Shown here: piece by piece, positions 1 through 11,915 of the stretch | Position numbering within the stretch: position 1 is the first letter of the stretch | How the letters are laid out: every line of letters starts with the position of its first letter | Assembly (NCBI GenBank): GCA_024346625.1 | Contig: AP024665.1 | Location: 2,232,001 to 2,296,000, forward strand | Direction: 5' to 3' | Source: Williopsis jadinii | Taxonomy: Eukaryota | Length of the DNA stretch: 64,000 nt | Program-made: the position numbers and the translations under genes | Notes under the pieces: generated by a model | The model's database searches: none | Seen by the model: only the letters and a program-made list of their open reading frames with translations | Told to the model about the DNA's origin: nothing

Positions 1-594
1 CAGTTTCTTTACGAATCCCACTTCACCACCGTCTTCATAAACAAGCTCAGCTGTGGTTCCCACAACTGAGTCCCTCCTCAAAGCACCCTTTCGTACTGAC
101 ACACCAGATTTGTCGTAGAACGGCGGGTTGCAAACCATGAAATCGTACTCTGAGCCAACAACACCATCCCCTTCAGCAACCTCGACACCGCTCAGTTTGT
201 TCGCTTCCACGATCCCCTGAGCATGGCGGATGCTCTGCGGATCAATGTCTATCCCCGTCATTTGCCACCCGAACAGCCTATTGGCCAAGATGGCGTATAT
301 CGCGTACGCGCCAGTACCAACGTCCAAACCATGGACATGGCGCTTCAGCGTCAGCGACTCATCCAGTATCCGCTTCACAATCCTCAGGTACACCACCCTG
401 GACGGCACGCTCGGTACGAGATGGCCATCAAGGATTACTACACTCAAGTCGAAGTACTCCTTCAGCAGCACCTTGGTCAAAGCACACTGTCCACCATAGG
501 AGTACTCGTACACACCGCCGTGCCAGTACCGGCCCAGCTCGTCTGGATATTTGCCTACGAGCTCGTCGTAGTCGATGCTGAACACCCGATTCAT
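1..594 (-). CDS. METTL16/RlmF-family RNA m6A methyltransferase (U6 snRNA methyltransferase-like); 5' part only, runs off the left edge
   Basis: Manual translation from ATG 594 gives MNRVFSIDYDELVGKYP...ALTKVLLKEYFDL...GHLVPSVPSRVVYL...GLDVGTGAYAIYAIL...GIDID...DFMVCNPPFY...ELVYEDGGEVGFVKKL. This shows SAM-binding motif I, the NPPF catalytic motif and the GGE.GF motif. Open for 198 codons; absent from the ORF track because its stop lies outside the window. Confidence 0.9.
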   Translation of the reverse strand, partial: MNRVFSIDYDELVGKYPDELGRYWHGGVYEYSYGGQCALTKVLLKEYFDLSVVILDGHLVPSVPSRVVYLRIVKRILDESLTLKRHVHGLDVGTGAYAIYAILANRLFGWQMTGIDIDPQSIRHAQGIVEANKLSGVEVAEGDGVVGSEYDFMVCNPPFYDKSGVSVRKGALRRDSVVGTTAELVYEDGGEVGFVKKL

Positions 595-1073
595 GGGCCT
601 TGAGGCATCAGCTGTTACCGCCCTCACCACCCGTCACCACCCTCTTACGTAACCTGCGGTGCCATCACCGCGCCCGTTTGTTTTTCCTTCACCGGGTGAT
701 GCCACTGATGTTGTTCATGTGGTTTTTCCGGTCCAGCCTCGCTCTGCAGCAGAGGGAAAAACCGTGGCCTGGAGTTAAGAACATGGGAAGGTCTATGGGA
801 GGTTAGAAGGCTAAGAGAGAGCGTGTAGTGGTGTCTTTCACGTGGAGGTGGAAGGAGAACGACTTGGGGATCACAACGAGCATAATATCTGTGGATGTTC
901 ACGCCCGATTGCGTGGCGAATGGCGGATAGTTGTGTCCAATTCTCGGAGTCTCGTGGTTTGGACTTATCAATGCGTGTTGCTCATCTTGCAGGTTGGATC
1001 TGTTGATGTTGTTTCCAGGGGGGAGTGAGGAGGCACGGAGTTGAAACCACACCACCAAAGTCCCAGTGACAGT

Positions 1074-1080
1074 TATAAAA
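1074..1080 (+). promoter_or_regulatory. TATA box of the ADH gene
   Basis: TATAAAA about 90 bp upstream of ATG 1169. Confidence 0.55.
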
Positions 1081-1168
1081 GGCGACAGCTGCTCTCTCCA
1101 TCTCTAAGTCAATTCTGGGAGGTTTACTTTCCTCCTCACACATACAAACAAGCAAACATTAATCAATA

Positions 1169-2215
1169 ATGTCAATTCCAAAAACACAGAAGGGTGTTAT
1201 CTTCTACGAGAACGGTGGTCCATTGGAGTACAAGGACATTCCAGTCCCAACTCCAAAGCCAAACGAGATCTTGGTCAACGTGAAGTACTCTGGTGTGTGC
1301 CACACCGATTTGCACGCCTGGAAGGGAGACTGGCCATTGCCAGTGAAGTTGCCACTTGTCGGTGGTCACGAAGGTGCCGGTGTCGTCGTCGCCAAGGGTT
1401 CCGAAGTCAAGAACTTTGAGATTGGTGACTACGCCGGTATCAAGTGGTTGAACGGATCGTGTATGTCCTGTGAGTTTTGTGAGAAGTCCTTCGAGGCCAA
1501 CTGTCCAAAGGCCGACTTGTCTGGTTACACCCATGATGGTTCTTTCCAACAGTACGCCACTGCTGATGCCGTCCAAGCTGCAAAGATCTCCAAGGGCACT
1601 GACTTGGCTGAAATTGCTCCAATCTTGTGTGCTGGTGTCACCGTTTACAAGGCATTGAAGACCGCTGACTTGGAGCCAGGTGAGTGGGTTGCCATCTCCG
1701 GTGCTGGTGGTGGTTTGGGTTCCCTTGCCATCCAATTCGCTAAGGCCATGGGTCTTAGAGTCTTGGCCATCGATGGTGGTGATGACAAGAAGCAACTTTG
1801 TCAGGAGCTTGGTGCTGAAGTCTTCATTGATTTCACCAAGACCAAGGACATTGTCAAGTCCATCCAAGATGCTACAAACGGTGGTCCACACGGTGTGATC
1901 AACGTGTCTGTCTCCGAGAAGGCCATTGAGCAATCTACCGAGTACGTCAGAAACTGTGGTACCGTTGTTCTTGTCGGTTTGCCAGCTGGTGCCGTTGCAC
2001 GTGCTCAAGTGTTTGCTGCTGTCGTCAAGTCCATCTCTGTCAAGGGTTCCTACGTCGGTAACAGAGCAGACACCCGTGAGGCCATTGACTTCTTTGAGAG
2101 AGGTTTGGTCAAGGCTCCAATCAAAATTGTCGGTTTGTCTGAGCTTCCAGAGGTTTACAAGTTGATGGAGGAGGGTAAGATCTTGGGACGTTACGTTGTT
2201 GACACTTCCAAATGA
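1169..2215 (+). CDS. ADH1: Cytosolic zinc-dependent alcohol dehydrogenase (ADH1/ADH2 family)
   Basis: 348 aa with [16 protein letters not shown], the structural Zn Cys cluster and GAGGGLG; strong codon bias. Isozyme number is uncertain. Confidence 0.97.
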   Translation: MSIPKTQKGVIFYENGGPLEYKDIPVPTPKPNEILVNVKYSGVCHTDLHAWKGDWPLPVKLPLVGGHEGAGVVVAKGSEVKNFEIGDYAGIKWLNGSCMSCEFCEKSFEANCPKADLSGYTHDGSFQQYATADAVQAAKISKGTDLAEIAPILCAGVTVYKALKTADLEPGEWVAISGAGGGLGSLAIQFAKAMGLRVLAIDGGDDKKQLCQELGAEVFIDFTKTKDIVKSIQDATNGGPHGVINVSVSEKAIEQSTEYVRNCGTVVLVGLPAGAVARAQVFAAVVKSISVKGSYVGNRADTREAIDFFERGLVKAPIKIVGLSELPEVYKLMEEGKILGRYVVDTSK

Positions 2216-5200
2216 GTAATGACTATATAGAGGCTATCGGAATTGTACGAAGCTGTGCTACGAAAAAAACAGGATTTAAGAACATGTTTCACACGAGTGT
2301 AGATCCCAGAGTCTGGACTCTGGACCGTATGGCTAGCTATATGGAAGAGAACAATCAACCGAGGCTGTTTTAGCTAGATGGCCATTAAACGAGGCAGCTC
2401 AAGTGAGTTGCAGTGCCGGCTGAAACTGACATAGATCTTGACAGAGTGAGGCTTCTTTAGCTCCTACTCTTTATACCAATGTCCAAAGCGTCCTTCCCTC
2501 TGAAGCAGTTGCTTCGACTAATCAGCACGAAGGTGACGGGCAGTACACATATGATATGCCATTTGCAGTGAGCCAAACTCTTGACTTATAGCATGCCCCA
2601 CACACACAGCTGTAACAATTAACCTGGCCACTGTAGGGCACAGATATGCTGTCATTCATGTAACTGGAATTGGCGAGAAGGTTGGTCCGTTTATCTCTTT
2701 CTTGACCAGGATTCAGCCTCAACGGCCCAGATCGGAATGGAGAAGCGTATCAACTCCGACTTGAAGCACATAGATGAACAGCAAAAGTCCCATGGGTGTA
2801 TGCACCAGTCCGGCACAAGCGACATATTTAGACATATCTGTGCATAAAACAATGCCACCTTTATATTCAAGTCGAGATTTAGTAGCATGTCTCAACCCTC
2901 TACGACCTTGTACGGCCTGACTTACTGAAGCTATCCCCAAGGATTGCGTAGTTTGAGGTTCTTGGGCTCTATAACACCTACAAAGCAAATGAGCGAAGCC
3001 CGTAGGGACTTGAACCGGATAATCATGGACATATCCGATATATCAAAGTCGCTAGGAGGGAGTCCATTGTAAAGCTTCCCAGCCTTTCTTTAGGGAAGTG
3101 CATCCGTGTGCGTTTACCCACAGTAGAAGTGACCAATGGGGTTGTGACGAGGCAATGAAGGCTTCCACGGCTGCAGCTGCCCGCGTCACGGTAGTTTTTT
3201 CCCTTTTCTTTTGATTGGTTTTTTACGGCATTGACACATGTAGCGGCCTGTGATATGAGCTGGAGCTCTTGAAAGCTTGTAAGAGGAGCTTTTGATTCCG
3301 TTTGGTTCCATCAATCGGCCAGCGTTTTTGCTTCACAAGATAGGGACAAGAGGCTGTATGTATGCAGCGTGTAGTTTACGACCTATTTTGATGACGCTGT
3401 CGTGATTCAAATACTGGAAAGGGAGACGGTGTGCTGTACACTCAGTGTGCATGTGGTCTCTGAGAAACGTCCCATCGACATCGTTGAAAGCTACTGTCAC
3501 AGCGACGTTGTCACTGAGCTGTTCTGTGACGTTTCTGATGATGACAGCTCTAGATGGTGCACAGTCGACAGAGTCACTACCAATGGTGGTGCATCAGACA
3601 TACCAACTGTTCTCGCAAATAAAGTTGCATTGTGCCCACAGCAGCTGTAAAGCCATTAAGAGTTAATGTATCCATTGCTGATCGTCTGGGACTGTAGAAT
3701 GCAAGCACTTTTAAAGCCCTAGTAACTTGTAGCATACAGATGTGCATATAGCGTTTATCTGAGCCTGTAACGGGAGCTCTACACTCACCAGCTGCGCTGA
3801 TCAAGGGTTACGTTTTGTGAAGTTTGGAGCGAGCGAGGACAAGGTTCCCAGTCGGGGTGCGTAGGAGCCCGGGGGGGAGTGGAAACGCACAGGCAGCAAC
3901 GGGTTGTGGTCTCCAGACAAACATTTCACACAGGCCAATTGGGCTTCAAGGTTGACCACCCTTCGTGTGTGTATGAAGCTTGAAGTTACCAGGTAGTGCC
4001 TACGTGCCAATTCCATCCGCTGAAACTCTGTTCTCATGTTTCCCGTATAGCCATGCCGCAACTGACTCGCTCGGGATGAAATAAAGGGGAGGCTTAAGCC
4101 ATCCAGCCAGGCATCGCGTTGGCCATTGCCCAGGTCCAAACTGTGGATGCGGAAAGCTTTGATGGCTCAAAAGGCTACAGTGACGATGGTTTAGTGGAGA
4201 TCTGACTCCATAAGCGGCCTGTGGCGGGACGCCAAAGTTCGTTTCAAGTCATCTGCAACTGACTATGTGGGCAAAATGCTCTGGCTGTGTAGATATGTGT
4301 GCTCCAAATACTCTGAGATATGGGAGCAAGGCACAACGTCAAGGCGTATTTAACAATCACGAGCCTCTCGATCCCTCGGAATATGGACAGAACTTGGGCA
4401 AGTCCAGCTGGCAGGCAAACAAGGAAGAAGTGGAAAAAAGCGGCTCGTGCTTCATTGACCAGTCAGCTCTTTCCGTGGTGATCGAGTTTATAGAGCCGGC
4501 CGGCCACCGTTGTTCATTCCTCGGAGTCGCCTATACACTTTTAATACTACCCACCAATGCCAGATGGGCTAAACTCTACGACTATTAAGTGTGCGTAATG
4601 GGAGCAAAAGGGCAGCATGAGGGGGATCATAGGCCATGATGATCGCTGATTGTAGTGTAGCACATCCAGAGTTTCGAAGCTACTTTACGCACTCCTACAG
4701 AGACGGTGTGACCGAGGGCAGTCGGGGACTCAAGCCCTCTGAAGCCAAAACACGCACGCAACAACGGTCATAGTACCACACGCACCTGTCGTCCTCTCAA
4801 CCCGCTTGTATCCCTTGTCCCTTTAACTAATTACACAGGAACAGCCTGCCAGCTCGAAAACCCATGATGCAGCGATGTAAAAACGCAGGCGAAACCAGCA
4901 TCCAAAGCTTCGTATATGTGCTAGAACAGCGTACAAGGTGTACATAAGAAAAAATTATATATAAAGTACCGGCCGCAAAATTTGCGAAAGTCTCCGGGTA
5001 TCCTTTTAGCTTTTTCGTTTTTCGAAAGCGTCAAGCGGGAAAAAGAAAAAGAAATTGTGGTGCTGCAGAGCGACAGAACCAAAAAAAACTTTATATTCAC
5101 CTATAAGCGCCAAATTTTGATAAAAAAAAAAGACAAAAGGTTCCGGACAGACAAAAAAAAGAAGGGGGACAAATACCGAACTCTGGACAAGAAAAGGAAG

Positions 5201-5464
5201 TTGAAGATTGAAGTCCTTTAATACTCGTCCATATCTGGTGCTTTTTTTACCCTTTCTCCTTGTTATAACGTCGAGAGAGACCAGACAAACGGAAGACCTC
5301 TTCTGTAAGCATAGCAGGTGTGGCTTGTGTTCGTTTGAGAATATCCATCGACTCGTTGGAAGCGGAACTTGATTTTTTTTGTGTGTGTGCTTGTGTGTCT
5401 CCTTGTTCTTTAGACCAGATACACTGCTGAAACAGAGTGGCCTAGTGAGTGGATTCGGGAAGCA

Positions 5465-8086
5465 ATGTCGTACTCCTTCGAAGACACGGAGGCCCTTCTG
5501 GCGTCGTTGTCGGGCTCCTCAGGGACGCCGACTCTTTCGCCGTCTGAGTTCTCTCCACAGCAAGCGGTGTCGCCGACGCAGAACATGTTTGGCGGTGATG
5601 ACATGGCGTGGAATGGAGAGAGCAACGCTGAGCTGGGCGACGGTGCCGCCATCATGACCAATACCACGAGCGAGTACAACAGCGACGACTTCACCGGGAT
5701 GAACGTTGATTTTGTTGGTGCCAGTGGGAAAACTGGCGAGGCAAAGCTGGACGAGTATATCTCATCGTTGGAGAACTCCCCAGCAGACGTGCTATCAGAG
5801 ATCATTCCTGAGCTGGGGCCTGCTGACGATGGCGTGAACCCTGGCCTGCTGACATCACCAACGGCGACTGTGAAGAAGGAGCCGTCGACGAGCCCTGGGA
5901 GCAGCTCTGAGAGCTCAAAGGAGCACGAATTAAGGCTACACGGCAAACCAGGCTCCAAAGTCACCAAACCAAAGAAGGATAGATCCAGTCACAACATCAT
6001 CGAGAAGAAGTATAGAACGAACATCAACGCTAAGATCACAGCTCTCCGGGATGCGGTACCGTCCTTGAGAATGGCAGCGGGCGACACGGATATGACCATA
6101 AACGACCTGGATGGGCTGTCGCCAGCTTCAAAGGTCAACAAGGCCTCCGTGCTAACAAAGGCCACCGAGTACATCAAGCACTTGGAGAAGAAGAATGCAC
6201 AGCTCATGGCGGAGAATCAACATCTGAGACAGATTGCCGCCGGCAACATGTCTCCTCAACAACAACAGATGTTGATGGCGCCACAACAACAGCAACAGCA
6301 GCCTCCACCACAGCAGCAGCCACTGTATTCACACCAGCCAGCACCGCCGCAGAGCATGGCACAGTTCCAGCCAGCGCTGGACTTCAACGGACAACCAATC
6401 AACGTTGTTTCTCAACAGCCAACACAACCACAGTACCAGATGAACGTTCCAGGTAAAGTCATCATGGGCGGCTTGGCCACAATGGTTGGCCAAAACCTGT
6501 TCAATGGCGATGGATACGAATACCGTGGGCTTTCAGCGTTCCCAATCTTTGCGACGCCGTATGGCCAGCTGTTCTTGTCAGTGCTGCAGTACTTCACCGT
6601 TGCAATGGCTGTCATGTACATCTTCTTGCCACATTTGTTCTCCACCAGTGGTACTGAGGATGTGAAGATGAGAAGAAGAAACAGCTCGACGGTATCTGCA
6701 AACGAATGGTACGAATTGATGAAAGAATTGGTGTTTATTAGCGTTGGTCAACAGCTCAAGCACGAGGTTTCTGAGTTTGAAGTGAATGCCCTTTTGAACG
6801 CATCGTTGATCAATGGAGACTCAATCCCAAGCTTTTCGAGTTTGCTGTACAGCTTGTTCAAATTGCAGACCTATCAGTCCAATTTTGAAGTTGAATTTGG
6901 GAAATTGGTGTTGGGCAAGTTGTTGAAGGAACACTCTGATATGACTGCGATCTTCAACCTGAATACTGTTGTGAAGAAGAGCATCGCAAAGATTGCCAAT
7001 TTGAAAGTTCCCTCCCACTCGTTGAGATATTTCTTCAAAGAGTTGCAGAACCCAAGTGGTGAATACACTACAGAGAGTTTCACGAGGTTGCTTAACGTGA
7101 TTTGTAACTTGCCACTGGACCTGAACTGCTCAAGAGGCTTGGACTATGAAGGTTTCAAAGTGATCTTGAACGATGACCGTGTTTGTCACGATTACAAGAC
7201 TTTACTTGTCAGCTTTAGAGCGATGGAGCTATTCCGTGAAGTGATGCTGAACTACATCGACTTGACTTTTAACGTTAGCGTTTCAGAGCTGGATAATGAC
7301 GAGTTGAAAGAACGTAAGAAGGACCTATGGGATATGCTCAACTTGGCCGATAACTTGGCTCCAGAGAGATCCATTTGTCAAATCCGTATCAAGCTGTTCA
7401 AGTCCATCCTCAACGAAAAGTATCTCGATTCAACTCTGCAATTGATCCAGGAGGAGGCGCAGCCAAGCTCCTCTGAGACGTTGGTTGATATCGTTAGAGA
7501 AACTGAAACTAAATCCGCATCTTCTTCACAGGAGACGTTGAGCGTTGACGTTGACGAACAAGAGCACGAGATCTTCACATCTGATGAAGAAGCTGGGGAC
7601 TCGGACGTGGAACAGGAGCACAGCGAAGAGGAGGAGGATATTCCTGCGTCCAGATCATCGTCTCATGAGAGTCTGGAATCTTCACAATCGTCAGTTGGTG
7701 TTGTTGACGACCGTTTCAAGACACTCGTAACAAAGGACCTCTTCAACGCTTTAGCGTCTGCTTCTATCTTGAAGTATGCCCGTTCTCACAAGCACAAGGA
7801 AGCCAAACAGTTGTTGAAGTATCTTGCTCTTTCCAAGACTGACATTTCACTCTTGTCATTTATCTGCCTCTTCAAACTTGCCCAGAAGTATCCTAAAGAA
7901 TGGTGCGCCGACGATAGCCTTGAAGGTGAAGCCCTAGAACAAGTCGTTGGTACATTGAGACTGTGGGTTGGTGATTCCTCAAACAGAAGCTTTGACGATG
8001 CCAAAGAAGTTAGCATCCAATTGAAGAGGGAGATTAGTGACAAGCTCGTTGAAGTGAGCAAGAGTTTCAACGAAGTTGAAGCTTAG
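5465..8086 (+). CDS. SREBP-family bHLH transcription factor (Cph2/Hms1/Sre1-like)
   Basis: SHNIIEKKYRTNIN carries the SREBP-diagnostic Tyr; KASVLTKATEYI helix 2; Q-rich tract; hydrophobic segments (VIMGGLATMVG, FLSVLQYFTVAMAVMYIFLP) before a long C-terminal domain. Confidence 0.88.
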   Translation: MSYSFEDTEALLASLSGSSGTPTLSPSEFSPQQAVSPTQNMFGGDDMAWNGESNAELGDGAAIMTNTTSEYNSDDFTGMNVDFVGASGKTGEAKLDEYISSLENSPADVLSEIIPELGPADDGVNPGLLTSPTATVKKEPSTSPGSSSESSKEHELRLHGKPGSKVTKPKKDRSSHNIIEKKYRTNINAKITALRDAVPSLRMAAGDTDMTINDLDGLSPASKVNKASVLTKATEYIKHLEKKNAQLMAENQHLRQIAAGNMSPQQQQMLMAPQQQQQQPPPQQQPLYSHQPAPPQSMAQFQPALDFNGQPINVVSQQPTQPQYQMNVPGKVIMGGLATMVGQNLFNGDGYEYRGLSAFPIFATPYGQLFLSVLQYFTVAMAVMYIFLPHLFSTSGTEDVKMRRRNSSTVSANEWYELMKELVFISVGQQLKHEVSEFEVNALLNASLINGDSIPSFSSLLYSLFKLQTYQSNFEVEFGKLVLGKLLKEHSDMTAIFNLNTVVKKSIAKIANLKVPSHSLRYFFKELQNPSGEYTTESFTRLLNVICNLPLDLNCSRGLDYEGFKVILNDDRVCHDYKTLLVSFRAMELFREVMLNYIDLTFNVSVSELDNDELKERKKDLWDMLNLADNLAPERSICQIRIKLFKSILNEKYLDSTLQLIQEEAQPSSSETLVDIVRETETKSASSSQETLSVDVDEQEHEIFTSDEEAGDSDVEQEHSEEEEDIPASRSSSHESLESSQSSVGVVDDRFKTLVTKDLFNALASASILKYARSHKHKEAKQLLKYLALSKTDISLLSFICLFKLAQKYPKEWCADDSLEGEALEQVVGTLRLWVGDSSNRSFDDAKEVSIQLKREISDKLVEVSKSFNEVEA

Positions 8087-8464
8087 GAGGAAAATGTATC
8101 CTTTTTAAGGGAACATTGATACACAATTTGTTTTTGATGTGTTTGTTACATAGATGGGTTGTCGGTTAGGTTTTCGACATCATGCCACTCTCCCCCTTGT
8201 TGAAGCGGAGTTGATTCGGTGGGCTTATTATTATTTTATTGGTGTTTTGGTTTTGTTACAGTTCGTTTTACTTATCACTGTCTTGATCCTTGGTTATTCA
8301 TTCCTGAATGGAACGTTAGTGCCCATCCGTGGTTCATCGTTGCTCAACCAAGGTCACTATGAACGAGGTTACTGGTACTGCTCTATACACTATTTGGTTT
8401 CCTCAACAGACGGTTCTTAATATTATACCTGTGTTTTCGTTTGATATTCTAGAGCCTTGTAGGT

Positions 8465-9954
8465 TCAAAGTTCGTCGTGGATGACGTTGTTAGCATCTTC
8501 TTTGGAGTCTGTTTCCACCTGTTGTTCCTCTGTTTCTTGGTTGTCTATCTGTAGTGCTTGGTCTGGATTCCTTCCTTGTTCACCCAGCTCTTCTCTCAAC
8601 AACTTACTAACCACATCAAATATCACCTTTTCCATGTCCTGATCGTCAAGAATCTCAACCTCGATGTCCAATTGACGAATCGTGTCTGCTAGCTGTTCCT
8701 TCTGTGGTGGGCCTTGCTTGAAATGCGACTCGTGTTGATCTATGCTCTCCAGGCCTTCGAGTTGCCAGGAGTTCTCAAATGGCAAGTATTGAGGACTTAG
8801 CTTTACCACCAAACGTGGCTCTCCATCAACGACCCGGCACTGACAGAGCACTGACGTTTGGAACTCTCCATGTGTGTTGTAAACATGGGACTGGAAGTTG
8901 AATCCATTGGCATAGTCCTTCACGTTTGGTTTAGAGCCAACCATCACCTGGAAGAATCTGGATCCAATCCTTTCTATCAGGTCTGAATTGTCATCTTTCA
9001 AAGTGACAAGCTCAACCATCCCTGTTTCATGATGTGTGGCGATGAAGATATCAGACGAGAACCTAGACAGCTGGTAGTCCTCAGTGATGCCAATCCTGTA
9101 TGGGCTGACGAGTTGCTCCTCACCATTTGAAACACGTTGACACGTGATTTGGTTGTTAGCATCCCCCTTTACGCTGAAGACTGGGTCATCACAGAGCTTG
9201 GACATGCCAATCTGTGCCAAGTAGTGGCACGTTCTGTACTCCCTAACGGACATCAACTCAGGAACCTTTGAATCAGGGTTGCACATGAATTGAACTTCAA
9301 CAGTACGTGGCTTGCCAGTAACATCACATATTGCACCGTTTTCCATTGTGTACGACAGCACTGTACGTCCGGCCTCTCGCTTCTGTAGCAAAGACCAGGT
9401 CTCATTGAATCTGGGTGTGGTGCCCAGAACGAACACGTTCAGCTTATCCCTGTTGTTGATGTATTGAATCGGATCACCATTGAACTGGCCAAACTCGGTA
9501 GATGGACAGTAGGAATAGGTCCAATACCCCAGAGGGAAGAAGTAGCAAGCATGCGGTTGCAAAATGGACTTGATCAGCTCGGTATATCCTTGTAGTCTGA
9601 GCTCTTGACTGTGGAGAGAGTCGTCATCTTCATTGGCGTCGCCTGGTCCTGATTCATCGTCATCAAGCGCCGCGGGAACATGGCACACGTACACGTCATC
9701 GTGTGTGTGTAGTCTGTAGTACGTATCGTTTGGGTACGATGCTGACAGTAGCGTCTCTGCCCATTGTGCGTTGATATCAGGCGCTGTTTTGAAGACGTAC
9801 TTTGATGATGATGTGGTCAGTATGGCACATTTGGCAACAAGAATCAATAGTCGAGACATACCTTTGGTGAAGAGAATTCATCATCGAACAAGTTGAAGAC
9901 AGCTGAGACCACTGCTACGAGGGTGGCTAGCACTATACTTGAGCCGAACTTCAT
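8465..9954 (-). CDS. YOS9: ER lectin Yos9 (MRH domain); 2 exons: 9954-9862 and 9799-8465
   Basis: YWTYSYC, NGAICDVTGKPRTVEVQFMC and C-terminal HDEL. Intron 9861-9800 (GTATGT..TACTGAC..AAG) adds the signal-peptide exon MKFGSSIVLATLVAVVSAVFNLFDDEFSSPK in frame. Confidence 0.88.
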
Positions 9955-10283
9955 TTTCTGGTGTCAGTGTGTTATGTTCGCCTGTCTTGGTATCAAATGT
10001 GTTGATGAGTTGGAAAAAGCACACTCCTCCAATTTCAGCCTTTACACGCTACAAAACCTGTGAGAATTCATATATAATCATTTGCATTGGTGCAAGAGAG
10101 AACAAGACACCGTTTAGAATCCCATGAGAACACCAAAACATCCTCAACAATTGGAATTGTATACACATCAACGACTCCGTATGGTGATTGAGCCTCTCTT
10201 GCTTTCAAGTGTTTTAAAATCGTGTTGTCATTTTAGTTTTATAGTATAAAGAGAGAATATAATGCGTTCTACACCTCATTTGT

Positions 10284-11533
10284 TTAATCCAAAGAAGAAG
10301 CACCAGTGATGATATCAACAAGTTCGTTGGTGATGACAGCTTGTCTGGTTCTGTTGTACAAGATGGAGTACTTGCTGATCATGTCACCAGCGTTGTTGGA
10401 AGCGTTATCCATGGCGTTTCTTCTGGCAGACACCTCGGAGGCGTAACCATCAGCAAGAGCAGCGTAGATACCGTTGGCAAGGGAGAACTCACTCAAGGTC
10501 TCTGGGACGTTAGCGTCTTGGTCCACTTCGTACTGTGAGAGCGCTGGGGATTGTTCGATGGAGCCAGCGTCAAACAATGGGGTCTTTGTTGGCTCGAAGG
10601 AGACACCAGAGACAAACTTGTTGTAGAAGATCTCAATGTTGGTGTACTTCTTACCCAATTGGTAGATCTCGTCGGCAATGAGCGCAGAGTCACCAAAGGT
10701 TGGGGTCTCCTTACCAATACCGTTGAAGGCCAAGATGAGCTTGTCACCGTGGGTTCTGGTCAATTGGGTTCTGGTCTTATCACCAATGGCAACAATGTCG
10801 ACTTTACCGTCCAACTCACTGATTCTGGCTCTAGCAGCCTTTGCAATCTGGGAGTGGATGGAACCACACAAACCCTTGTCGGAGGAGCAGACAATCAAGA
10901 GGGTGTTAGCTTCAGAGTCCTCAGAAGCAACTGGGGCGGTCTCAGCATGGGTGTAAACCTCTTGGTCAGCAGCACCGTAGATTCTAGCACTGTTCTTAGC
11001 ACGCTCGGCCTTACCCAATCTGGTGGAAGCGACAATCTTCATGGTGTTGGTGATCTTCTCAATGTTCTTGATAGATTTCAAACGGGTCTCAATGTCACGC
11101 AAAGTGGCATAGTTTCTAGATATCCTTGTTAGTAATCTGTAAGCTTGAGCGTGTCTTGAGCTGAATTCATAGCCATTGTAGCAGTTGGCCAGCATTCCTG
11201 GCCACCTCAATTGGCCACGACTATTGGTCACGACCAGCCAACCAACTCCTTTGATCATCTTGATTGGTCACGTCTTCTGATCATCTGTGTTGATCACCTG
11301 TGTTGACCATCTCTGTTGACCACTTCCGTTGACTACCTCCATTGACCACCTCCATTGACTCCAATCCACACCCTGTGGGACATAACTTCTCCTCCACCGA
11401 CTGCCTCCATGGACTCCCTCCTCAAGGACACAACCACACCCTGTGCAGTGAAAAACAGCTCAAACAACACGCCAAAACAATCGACTCACCTTGATTGAGA
11501 AACAGCAGAACGAACAGCAGATCTAGCGAACAT
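10284..11533 (-). CDS. ATP3: Mitochondrial F1 ATP synthase gamma subunit; 2 exons: 11533-11490 and 11115-10284
   Basis: ATLRDIETRLKSIKNIEKIT...RTRQAVITNELVDIITGASSL. Intron 11489-11116 (GTGAGT..TACTAAC..TAG) gives the presequence MFARSAVRSAVSQSRNY. Confidence 0.96.
11278..11362. repeat. Degenerate 13-bp tandem repeat (6 copies plus a partial) inside the ATP3 intron
   Basis: tgatcatctgtgt/tgatcacctgtgt/tgaccatctctgt/tgaccacttccgt/tgactacctccat/tgaccacctccat/tgactcc. Confidence 0.85.
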
Positions 11534-11760
11534 CTTCTTCCTTTTTTCTTTCCTTTCCTGGCTTTGGGGGCTAAAGATTTAGGAGTTGTGATTGCAAACC
11601 TCCCCGGTTCGTTGACTTTTGTGGGTTTTTTTTCCTCGCCCTTCCTTAGCGCGCGAAAAGGGGTGAGCGGTCCGGGACGCTTACAACAAAACACAGGCAG
11701 AGGGAAAAAATTTCACGGTGCGCAACACGGAGCGATTTGGTTGGCTGGAACGATAATGCG

Positions 11761-11808
11761 TGGGTGTTTGGGTGTTTGGGTGTGCGGATGTTTAAATGTC
11801 TGGGTGTA
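11761..11808. repeat. 8-bp-period TG-rich repeat resembling Rap1 sites or telomeric repeats, upstream of ATP3
   Basis: tgggtgtt tgggtgtt tgggtgtg cggatgtt taaatgtc tgggtgta; the reverse complement gives ACACCCAAACA and ACACCCAGACA. Confidence 0.6.
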
Positions 11809-11915
11809 GCGGTTGCTACGGTTTCTTCCACTCTGTTTACACCTTTATACAACTTGTTTATTCCTTATACATCTGTTTATTCCTTAAATGCTATACGAGT
11901 ACCCTCTCCAGACAC

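Noticed and set aside
1172..2008. Long antisense ORF over ADH, and similar shadow ORFs over ATP3, TOM20, SLX9, RPL40 and CKB2
   Set aside because: Expected by-product of codon bias in the real genes; no recognisable domains.
4985..4997. GAAAGTCTCC resembling the RNase MRP RNA P4 strand
   Set aside because: No complementary downstream TGGAGCT-type strand; the context is an A-tract promoter.
2216..5464. Hidden gene in the 3.2-kb spacer upstream of the SREBP-like gene, including a start-less minus-strand open stretch at about 3330-3595
   Set aside because: No recognisable motifs or codon bias; long upstream regions are common for regulatory genes.
11278..11362. CRISPR-like array
   Set aside because: Eukaryotic intron with contiguous 13-bp units and no unique spacers.
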